Of a stretch of 64,000 bases of DNA, positions 1 to 7,147 are shown in pieces. Position 1 is the stretch's first letter, and every line of letters begins with the position of its first letter. The stretch is taken from positions 1,248,001-1,312,000 of the forward strand of contig CAWJDT010000001.1 of NCBI GenBank assembly GCA_963841735.1, read 5' to 3'. Source of the stretch: an uncultured Actinomycetes bacterium. GTDB taxonomy: Bacteria > Actinomycetota > Thermoleophilia > RBG-16-64-13. The notes under the pieces were generated by a model, which was not told the DNA's origin, made no database searches, and saw nothing but the letters and a program-made list of their open reading frames with translations. Made by a program: the position numbers and the translations under genes.

Positions 1-523
1 TGTAGTCGGCCGCCTGGCAATTGTGGAGGCACAAGAAGCTTAGCTCCGTAAGCCCCGCAAGGGGAGTGATATCGCCGACGTTGTCACCACCTAGGTTAAG
101 ACTCTCGAGATGCACTAGTCCGGCAAGGGGGCTGACATCCGTGCTCGCGTGGAACGCGAGTTCCAGGTTCTTTAGATTCACGAAATACTTCAGGGCGCTT
201 ATGTCCTTGATCTGCATGTCTTCGGGCGACTGCCACGGGATGTTGAGACGCAACTCCGTCAATGTCGCCGCCTCGGCAGGGGTGATATCGCCGGTGGGTT
301 TGTTGAGGGCCGCGCGGATCCCTTGCTCGAGCACGGGGTCGTTGAAAACCACGACCTCCGCCACGGTGGTGGGTGGTGTCGTGGACGCAGTGGTCGGCGG
401 TAGGGTAGCGGCTGTTGAGGCCACTGTGCTCTCGGCCGGCTCTCCGGCTACGGAAGAGCCGCAAGCTGCCAGTCCCACCGCCAGGATCGCTAGGACGACA
501 ACCGACAACAGCATCCGTTTCAT
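1..523 (-). CDS. Leucine-rich repeat (internalin-like) lipoprotein, partial (3' end runs off window)
   Basis: Not in ORF track. Manual translation from ATG 523 (GGGAG RBS): MKRMLLSVVVLAILAVGLAAC (lipobox), Thr-rich linker, FNDPVLEQGIRAALNKPTGDIT cap, then LRRs (IKDISALKYFVNLKNLEL, DVSPLAGLVHLESLNLGG, DITPLAGLTELSFLCL). Confidence 0.85.
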   Translation of the reverse strand, partial: MKRMLLSVVVLAILAVGLAACGSSVAGEPAESTVASTAATLPPTTASTTPPTTVAEVVVFNDPVLEQGIRAALNKPTGDITPAEAATLTELRLNIPWQSPEDMQIKDISALKYFVNLKNLELAFHASTDVSPLAGLVHLESLNLGGDNVGDITPLAGLTELSFLCLHNCQAADY

Positions 524-831
524 GAATCGACTCCCTTGATTGGTTGAAGCCACCGATGGGTGTATGACCCGCAAGAACGATAACACGCGGAGTGGCGGAA
601 AGGGGCTCCCAGTAGGGAGGCCGTTCTAGGTATCGGGAGTCACAATCACCTTGCAGAATCGGAGGCGCTATTCCCTATGGAGCGACCGGGCATCGCGCAC
701 TTGAGCAGGTTCGCGCCGTAGACCACCAGCTGATTGGCCTCTTGCCGCCCCATGCTCTTGGGCCCCGCAGTTTGCAGGGGTCTTGCGCCGTTCTAGGCGA
801 GCACCAACCGGAAGACAATGTCGGTGGTTGT

Positions 832-854
832 TTCAAGTCGGGTCCCCGCTACCA
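832..854 (+). other. Orphan 3' fragment of tRNA-fMet (att-like remnant)
   Basis: TTCAAGTCGGGTCCCCGCTACCA resembles the T-loop/acceptor/CCA end of initiator tRNA (TTCAAATCCTGTCCCCGCTACCA); no D arm or anticodon arm upstream. Confidence 0.6.
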
Positions 855-858
855 TATG

Positions 859-889
859 AAAGGCCCGGATTTCCGGGCCTTTTTCTTTT
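859..889 (+). terminator. Rho-independent terminator (possibly bidirectional)
   Basis: AAAGGCCCGG-ATTT-CCGGGCCTTT stem followed by T-tract, right after the tRNA fragment. Confidence 0.8.
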
Positions 890-979
890 GCCGGGATTGT
901 CGCCCCAGGCTGCTTTGAACACGCTTGACCCCTACCCAGATGCAACAGGGTTGTATTCAGTGGATATGGACGGCTCGCA

Positions 980-1041
980 CCACTTCGGCTGAGGAGGCCG
1001 GAATCAGGCAAACGAGTCTCCGCTGAAGCCGGGGCGGTTCA
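980..1041 (+). mobile_element. IS3-family (IS51/IS6110-like) right-end remnant
   Basis: 1014-1041 GAGTCTCCGCTGAAGCCGGGGCGGTTCA matches the IS6110-type IRR pattern GAGTCTCCG-N6-CCGGGGCGGTTCA; no transposase ORF present. Confidence 0.7.
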
Positions 1042-1067
1042 ATTCGTCTCGCTCAGCGAAGCCGAAA

Positions 1068-2957
1068 CTACTTCACCGCGTAGAGATAGCCGTCGGCACT
1101 GCCGAAGTAGGCCACCCCGTCGGAGACGGCCGGAGAGGACACGATGCTGCTAGGGGTATCGAATCTCCACATCTTCTGTCCGCTCCTGCTGTCCAGCGCA
1201 AAGACAGCGCTGTAGGTGGTGCAGTAGAACATCCCGTCCGAGACGATTGGGGAGGAGGTAGGCCTGAAGGAAGCCGTCCAAGGCGCAGTCCATTTGACAT
1301 TGCCCCCGCTTGCGTCCAGCGCCATGCAGCCCTCGCCACTGCCGCCTAAATAGACGGTCCCGCCTGAGATGGTCGGGGAGTAGGACACAACGTCGCCGCC
1401 CATCTCAATCTTCCACTCCTCCACCCCACTCGTGCCGTCCAATGCGTAGATGTGGCCCTCAACGGAGCCGAAGCACACCGTGCCTTCCGAAGCTGCCGGC
1501 GCCGACACAGCCCAGTCACTCTGGAACGTCCACTTCACCTGCCCGCTCCTGCCGTCCAGCGCATAGATACGCCCGTCTTCGCCCGTGCCGAAGTAGACCA
1601 TTCCGTCGGAGACGACCGGGAGCGACACGTCTCCATTCGTCTCGAACTTCCATATCTGCTTGCCGGTGCTGCTGTCTAGCGCATAGACGTAGGCCGCGTT
1701 GTTGTCGGTATACGCGCAGAAATAGACCACCCCGTCCGAGAAGATCGGTCCCCTTCCGTCCATGTTGTTCTTCTCGAATGTCCACCTCTGCTGCCCGGTC
1801 ATCCTATCCACCGCGTATAAGAGGCCGTCATTGCAGTCGAAGTAGACCGCATCCTCGGAGACGGCCGGGGGGGACCGCCGCGGAGACCAAGTATCATCCA
1901 CGGTTGGGAAGAATCTCCATTTCTCCTCCCCGCTGGTGCTGCGGAGTGCGCATAGGTATTGGTTACCGCTACAGAAGTAGACCATGCCGTCCAAGACGGC
2001 CGGGGACGACCAATCTTGTCCCGCCTGCGTCTGGAACTTCCAGAGAAGCTCGGGCACAGGGGTGGTCGAGGCCGCGGTGGTCGTGGTCCCGGGAGCGTCC
2101 GTGGTGTAAGCCGCGACGCTGGTGGAGGTGAGATTGTCGGTGGTGCCGTCCTTCTCGCCCCCGGTCAGCACGGTGAACAGTACTATGCCCGCCACTACGG
2201 CGACTGCCACGGCACCCAAGGCAGAAAGCACCCAGGGACGACGGTACCAGGGCCTGGCGGTCGGCACCGCGTGCTCAAGCCGGGCTGCCTTGGCAGCGGC
2301 GTCGACTGCTGCCTTCGCGTCGGCTCCTGTCTTGGCCGCAGCTTTTGTCGGAGCCTCTTCTGTTGCCCCGGCCGCGGCTGCACCTACAGCCTCTGCCTTC
2401 GCCCGTGCCTTCGCCGCAGCTTCCGCTTCCGCTTCAGCCCGGGCCTCCGCCCGGGCCTTATCCAATGCCGCCGCCCTGGCCTCCGCGTCCGCCTCGGCCC
2501 TCGCTTCCGCCTCCGCCTTGGCCTTTTCCTGCGCCGCGAGGGCGGCTCTTCCAGTCCGGTCCAACAGACGCTGCACTGTATTAGCCAGATGTTCGAGGTG
2601 TTTCTCCAGAGGCGGAGTGAGCGCATCCAACCAGTGGGTGCTGCTTATGTAGTACTCCATGGCTTCGGAGGGAGGCACGTCCTCTATGCGGAAGGGCAGT
2701 ATGGGCATGTCCCGGGTCGCCGCCCTTTCGATCTCCCTCATCACGTGCCCGGACCTGTTCGACTTGGAGGAGAAGACGAGGACCATCACGTCGGCACCAT
2801 GGATGGCCCGGATGAGCTGCTGCGCGTAGTTCTGGCCGGGTAGGACATCGCGAGGGGCGACCCAACAGCGGATGTGGCTTGCTTCCAGAGCGGCGCACAC
2901 CGCGTCCGCGGTGGCCTTGTCTTCGGTCGAATAGCTTATGAAGACGTCGTGCGCCAT
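1068..2957 (-). CDS. TIR domain - Ala-rich linker - TM - PQQ/BamB-like beta-propeller membrane receptor
   Basis: N-terminal HDVFISYS...CWVAPRD...SGHVMREIERA (TIR, catalytic Glu present); AEAEARA linker; TM VLSALGAVAVAVVAGIVLFTVL; about 8 repeats of SSPAVSDGVxYFGSxDGxxYALDxxSGxxKWxF. Confidence 0.9.
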   Translation of the reverse strand: MAHDVFISYSTEDKATADAVCAALEASHIRCWVAPRDVLPGQNYAQQLIRAIHGADVMVLVFSSKSNRSGHVMREIERAATRDMPILPFRIEDVPPSEAMEYYISSTHWLDALTPPLEKHLEHLANTVQRLLDRTGRAALAAQEKAKAEAEARAEADAEARAAALDKARAEARAEAEAEAAAKARAKAEAVGAAAAGATEEAPTKAAAKTGADAKAAVDAAAKAARLEHAVPTARPWYRRPWVLSALGAVAVAVVAGIVLFTVLTGGEKDGTTDNLTSTSVAAYTTDAPGTTTTAASTTPVPELLWKFQTQAGQDWSSPAVLDGMVYFCSGNQYLCALRSTSGEEKWRFFPTVDDTWSPRRSPPAVSEDAVYFDCNDGLLYAVDRMTGQQRWTFEKNNMDGRGPIFSDGVVYFCAYTDNNAAYVYALDSSTGKQIWKFETNGDVSLPVVSDGMVYFGTGEDGRIYALDGRSGQVKWTFQSDWAVSAPAASEGTVCFGSVEGHIYALDGTSGVEEWKIEMGGDVVSYSPTISGGTVYLGGSGEGCMALDASGGNVKWTAPWTASFRPTSSPIVSDGMFYCTTYSAVFALDSRSGQKMWRFDTPSSIVSSPAVSDGVAYFGSADGYLYAVK

Positions 2958-2998
2958 CGCTATGCCCCTGACGCTGAACGGCCGTGGTGAATAGAGGG

Positions 2999-3007
2999 AC
3001 TATAACA
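2999..3007 (-). promoter_or_regulatory. Extended -10 element for the TIR-PQQ gene
   Basis: TGTTATAGT on the minus strand, about 40 nt upstream of ATG 2957. Confidence 0.45.
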
Positions 3008-3051
3008 CCGCGCGATACGGACCAGACAGCACACTGTGCCCTGGTGCGAAC

Positions 3052-3525
3052 CTACGAGCGATCGACACCCAGCCCCGCGCGGGCAAGAAGCTGCGGGAGG
3101 CGGACGACCCGCTCGCGGTCCTTTTCTCGCTCGGACTCGGAGAGTTCCTCATACGGGATCATGCTGGGATGGGTCTTGCCGGCGCTATCTCTAACCGGAC
3201 CCCGGCGCCATCCACTTGCTCCTCGCATTCGCATCCACCGCTGGTGCTCTTCCTTGGCGAGCAGCTCCAGTTCGGGGGGGTCGATTTCGAGGGGTTCGCC
3301 GCCATCTCGGATCGGAACGATGATCGCTCCTATCTTGCCCAGCATTTCGGCAATGTCGTTCGCCCGGCGGCGGACGGACATCTTTTTCGTTCGCGAGAGT
3401 GCGTTCCACGCCTGCGCCTCTGGCGGGTTTCCGCCACCTTCCGGGGAGTTGCTCCCCCACAGAGGGTCTTCGTGGATCACACGGGCCAGGGTCTCCCGGA
3501 CTTTGGGGTCAAGGGGAGACGCCAT
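3052..3525 (-). CDS. Stand-alone RyR (ryanodine receptor repeat) domain protein
   Basis: LELLAKEEHQRW...GWRRGPVRDSAGKTHPSMIPYEELSESEREKDR is the RyR repeat signature; a degenerate first repeat (LARVIHE...WNALSRTKKMS) precedes it; start overlaps SLATT stop (TGATG). Confidence 0.88.
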   Translation of the reverse strand: MASPLDPKVRETLARVIHEDPLWGSNSPEGGGNPPEAQAWNALSRTKKMSVRRRANDIAEMLGKIGAIIVPIRDGGEPLEIDPPELELLAKEEHQRWMRMRGASGWRRGPVRDSAGKTHPSMIPYEELSESEREKDRERVVRLPQLLARAGLGVDRS

Positions 3526-4010
3526 CAGGCACCCTCACCCCCAGGTGGGGACGATGATTCACCCTGCAAGTTCTTCCAGGTCACGTTCTCAGACCCCATG
3601 AGCGACTCGCATCTCTGGACCAAGACAGCCGCGGGGTCCGTGATGCCGGCGTACGGGCCGCTGCTGAAGCGAAAGAGCTGAGCTTCCCGCTCAAGCGATT
3701 CGCAAGTCATGCGATGCAGCGACCACTCCTCCTTGTGCCGAAAGGCCGCGAGTAAAAGCGTAGCGATGGCTCCTATCACGGCCACGGCGATGGGAAGGAT
3801 CTCGACTAGAAGCTGGACCACGTCGTCGCGGGGCGGTGGTGAATAGATCATCTCAACGGCCAGCAGCAGGGGCGTCAGTGAGGTTGCCGCCACCGACAGG
3901 ATCACGAGTCTACGGTAGGAACGCTTGCTGGCCGCCGCTTTGCGGTTGTGGTAGTCGATCTGGCCGGCAAGACGGTTCTGGAGGTACTCTTCGGCGCCTG
4001 GTGTGTTCAC
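3525..4010 (-). CDS. SLATT (DUF4231) 2-TM effector protein
   Basis: YLQNRLAGQIDYH..KA, two hydrophobic helices, WSLHRMTCESLEREAQLFRFSSGPY and ENVTW motifs. Confidence 0.85.
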   Translation of the reverse strand: MNTPGAEEYLQNRLAGQIDYHNRKAAASKRSYRRLVILSVAATSLTPLLLAVEMIYSPPPRDDVVQLLVEILPIAVAVIGAIATLLLAAFRHKEEWSLHRMTCESLEREAQLFRFSSGPYAGITDPAAVLVQRCESLMGSENVTWKNLQGESSSPPGGEGA

Positions 4011-4111
4011 GGTGTCGGGTCCTCCATCAGGTTATGAGCTTCCCAGTGTGCCCAGCTGACTTCGCCACTCGCGCTCTCGATGGCATCGATCAAGAAGATA
4101 TCGTACGCCAT
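4007..4111 (-). CDS. 34-aa mini-ORF coupled to SLATT (possible TIR-like gene remnant)
   Basis: GGAGG RBS, MAYDIFLIDAIESASGEVSWAHWEAHNLMEDPTP*, stop overlaps SLATT GTG start (GTGA). Confidence 0.4.
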   Translation of the reverse strand: MAYDIFLIDAIESASGEVSWAHWEAHNLMEDPTP

Positions 4112-4432
4112 CGATCCGTCCTCCGCTGTCCGTCTGACGATCAAATGCGCTTTGAGTCTAGCATCGGCCGTCTTGGGCTGTTGCCGGGGATGCGAAGCTG
4201 GAACACAGCTTGTCCACGACGTAGTATGGCTTTGGCACTCCTACATTGATGCCCACCGGCGGTGTGGCCCTCGATTCTCAGGGGGCCTGGTTCTGCCGCA
4301 TCACAATCCTTCGCGGTGGAATTCGGCATAAGCTCCAGGCCGGCCCGCCGGCCGTAGAGTGCTATCCGCTGCGGCAGGGAGCAAAGCCGAGCACGTAGTC
4401 GCCAAAGAGACTTCTTTAACATAGGGGCAAGC

Positions 4433-5773
4433 ATGTCAAACGAGACCAGTGTGAAATCAGCGAGGATGTTCTACGGGTACTGGATAGTAGCCGTGAGCAT
4501 GATCACCATCCTGCTGACGTTTGGTGTTCGAACCAGCATCGGCAACTTCGTCGTTCCTTGGCAGAACGCAGTCGAACAGGGTGGCTTCCTTTGGAGCAAG
4601 ACGCTCATATCGGGGGCCATTACCCTGTCCATCCTGATTCAGGGCATCTTCGGTATCGTCATAGGCCGTTATGTCGACAAGATCGGCGCTCGCTGGGTAA
4701 TGACGATCTGTAGCGTGTTTTTGGGAGTCGGAATCCTGCTCATGTATTGGATGAGTTCGGTCTGGGAGTACTACCTTCTCTACGGCATCGTTGTGGGTAT
4801 CGGCGCCAGCGGGGCTTTTGTGGCCACAACGGCCACCGTGTCTCGGTGGTTCCACCGTAAACGGGGGGCCATGACCGGTATCGCGCTGCTTGGCATTGGA
4901 CTGGGCGGCGTCATATTCAACCCGGTCACCGCACGGCTGAACAGCGCCTACGGGTGGAGAACCTGCCTGCTCATCCTCGGCATCGTCGTGCTTGTCGTGG
5001 GCGTTGCGGTGGCACAGTTGTTCCGCAGAGATCCACACGATATGGGCCTGAGCCCGGACGGCGGTGCCAAGGGAGAGGGAATGCCCTTCATGACCTGGGG
5101 GCTTACGGTCAAGCAGGCAATCGCCACCTGGCAGTTCTGGGTGCTGGGGCTTTCCTTCTTCTGCGCCGGCTTCTGTCTGTTCGTGGTCGCGACCCACCTG
5201 ATCCCGCAGATCATCCAGATCGGCTTTGCAGTCGATCAGCCGACGGGTGATAAGTACGTAACCACTTCGGCCAACGTGATGGCCGTGTTTGTGGCGGCCC
5301 AGATCGTGGGCTCGGTGTTGCTCGGTGCTCTTATCGACAGGATCGGCAACAAGTCCGTCCAGGCCATCAGTTTCGTTCTTTTGGCCGCATCGCTCTTCTG
5401 GCTTGCCTGCATTCACGCGCTGGGAGGCTTCTGGGGCTCCATGGCCGTCGCCGGGTTCGCGATCGGCGGCACCTCGGCCACTCAGTCGGCGAAGGCTGTC
5501 GAACTCTTCGGTGTCAGGATGGTGGGCATGCTCATGGGTCTGCTCACTGTGATGACCAGCATCGGCGGCGCGGTGGGCCCGGTGGTTACGGCGGCCATGC
5601 AGGATGCGGGCAGGTCCACCAACAGCTACGGCCGGGCGGTCTATCCCTACTCAGGAACGTGGCTCTTGACCGCCATAGTGGCCGTCGTGGGACTTCTGGC
5701 GGTACTGGCGCTCAGGCCGGTGAAGAACCGGGAAGCGTCTGCCGTATCATCGAGGCCAAGATGGGCGCCCTAA
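4433..5773 (+). CDS. MFS transporter (OFA/MCT-like)
   Basis: 12 TM; GRYVDKIGAR and GALIDRIGNK motif-A repeats; FYGYWIV N-terminus. Confidence 0.9.
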   Translation: MSNETSVKSARMFYGYWIVAVSMITILLTFGVRTSIGNFVVPWQNAVEQGGFLWSKTLISGAITLSILIQGIFGIVIGRYVDKIGARWVMTICSVFLGVGILLMYWMSSVWEYYLLYGIVVGIGASGAFVATTATVSRWFHRKRGAMTGIALLGIGLGGVIFNPVTARLNSAYGWRTCLLILGIVVLVVGVAVAQLFRRDPHDMGLSPDGGAKGEGMPFMTWGLTVKQAIATWQFWVLGLSFFCAGFCLFVVATHLIPQIIQIGFAVDQPTGDKYVTTSANVMAVFVAAQIVGSVLLGALIDRIGNKSVQAISFVLLAASLFWLACIHALGGFWGSMAVAGFAIGGTSATQSAKAVELFGVRMVGMLMGLLTVMTSIGGAVGPVVTAAMQDAGRSTNSYGRAVYPYSGTWLLTAIVAVVGLLAVLALRPVKNREASAVSSRPRWAP

Positions 5774-6231
5774 CTGGCAGAAGTTCGTGGATCCGTCTCG
5801 CGGTCGTGGCCGTCTGGGCGATCGCATTCGCCTTGGTGGAGGCGATGGTCGTCTACTACCTGCGGAAGTTGTTTGCGCTCCAGTACGGCCTACGCTTCGC
5901 ACCGGCCGACTTCCATTTCCCACCCGACTATCTGCCCTACGAACAGGCGCGCGAGGCGGCGACCATGGTCATGCTGCTGGCGGTCGGCTACGTCGTCGGC
6001 CGCACTTGGTGGCAGCGGTCAGCCTACTGGCTTTTCGCCTTCGGCGTGTGGGACATCTTCTACTACGCGTGGCTGTACGTGCTGCTGCGCTGGCCGTCGT
6101 CATTGGGCACGCGCGACCTTCTCTTCCTAATGCCTGGCGAGTGGTGGGCACCCGTGTGGGAGCCCGTGCTGGTCTCATGCGCATTCATCGCCGGTGCCAT
6201 CCTGATTCTGGCGCGGTCGCGGAAGACCTAG
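5761..6231 (+). CDS. Conserved hypothetical membrane protein
   Basis: About 4 TM; EQAREAATMVML, FAFGVWDIFYY and DLLFLMP..WWAPV motifs; ATG 5761 chosen over the longer ORF. Confidence 0.7.
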   Translation: MGALTGRSSWIRLAVVAVWAIAFALVEAMVVYYLRKLFALQYGLRFAPADFHFPPDYLPYEQAREAATMVMLLAVGYVVGRTWWQRSAYWLFAFGVWDIFYYAWLYVLLRWPSSLGTRDLLFLMPGEWWAPVWEPVLVSCAFIAGAILILARSRKT

Positions 6232-6528
6232 CACTCTCGCACCCGGGATGGTCACAGAACCATCGAGGACAACCGAGCTGCGGCACCGAGCTCTGCGTTC
6301 GCTGTGCCCCCAAGCCGCCCACAAAAGTCTTCTGTAGGCCGGGCACATGGTTGAAAGTGTCAGTCCGCCAGGTGGGTCAGACGCAGCTCCCGGGCGCGCT
6401 TCTCCCGTACGCCCTGTAAGCAATCGGCTGGGGCCCCTTAATCAAGGCCGAGGCCACTCACCAGGGCAGTGTTTTGGCAGCGGCTGTTCCGGATACTTTT
6501 ACCACATCTACAATGAGGAGGAGAAACG

Positions 6529-7005
6529 ATGAGCTTGGATCATCACCCTCCTCATAGACCGCCTTCGAAGAAGGTAGCGACCCCGGTCTCGGTTGCCGTC
6601 TCCTTCGGGGATCTCAAGAGCATCAAGAAAGGGGCAGACATGAAGGTGCTCGTTGGCGGAGTGATTGCGGTCGCCGCGATCGCGTATGTGATCAAGAAGC
6701 TGCTCAACCGCAGGTGCGAACCGGCAGTGTCTGACCTTGGCGACGGCCTCGATGCTCCCAGTCGCAAGCTTGCGCGGGGATGGAACGTGCGAGGGCGACG
6801 TTCTTTCACGCGCGACGATATCGAGAAGCTCAGGCGACTGATCCGGCGGAAGGAGACCGCGGATCGCCCCGCGCAGAAGATCTTGCGCAGCAAGATGCGC
6901 CAGATGGGCTTCTACATCACCGACTTCGAGCGCGATCACTCTGGATTCACCACTTCGGACCTCGATCACCTCGTCAGCTCGGGATCCATCGAGATCCAGG
7001 AGTAG
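6529..7005 (+). CDS. Hypothetical protein, TM anchor plus small basic helical domain
   Basis: Strong GAGGAGG RBS and TACAAT upstream; alternative start at 6640; TM VLVGGVIAVAAIAYVI. Confidence 0.6.
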   Translation: MSLDHHPPHRPPSKKVATPVSVAVSFGDLKSIKKGADMKVLVGGVIAVAAIAYVIKKLLNRRCEPAVSDLGDGLDAPSRKLARGWNVRGRRSFTRDDIEKLRRLIRRKETADRPAQKILRSKMRQMGFYITDFERDHSGFTTSDLDHLVSSGSIEIQE

Positions 7006-7147
7006 CGTTTCTTCGTCTACAGAAGCCAAAGTCCCGGCAACCGTTAGTTCGCAGCCCCCGGCGAGGCCCCGCCCAAGCTCAGCGCATGACCACAGTCTGT
7101 CGATAGTCCCCCGTATGGACGCAACTTTGCCGATGCAGACGTAGATA

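Noticed and set aside
21-539. 172-aa plus-strand ORF
   Set aside because: Antisense shadow of the LRR lipoprotein
774-854. Complete tRNA gene ending in CCA at 854
   Set aside because: No pairing T-stem 5' arm, D arm or anticodon arm; only the 3' fragment matches
2290-2545. GCCTCCGC-type repeats as a DNA repeat array
   Set aside because: Explained by the Ala/Glu-rich linker codons of the TIR protein
1068-4010. Canonical Thoeris or CBASS
   Set aside because: No SIR2/Macro/SLOG ThsA and no CD-NTase in the window; the TIR is membrane-bound with an ectodomain
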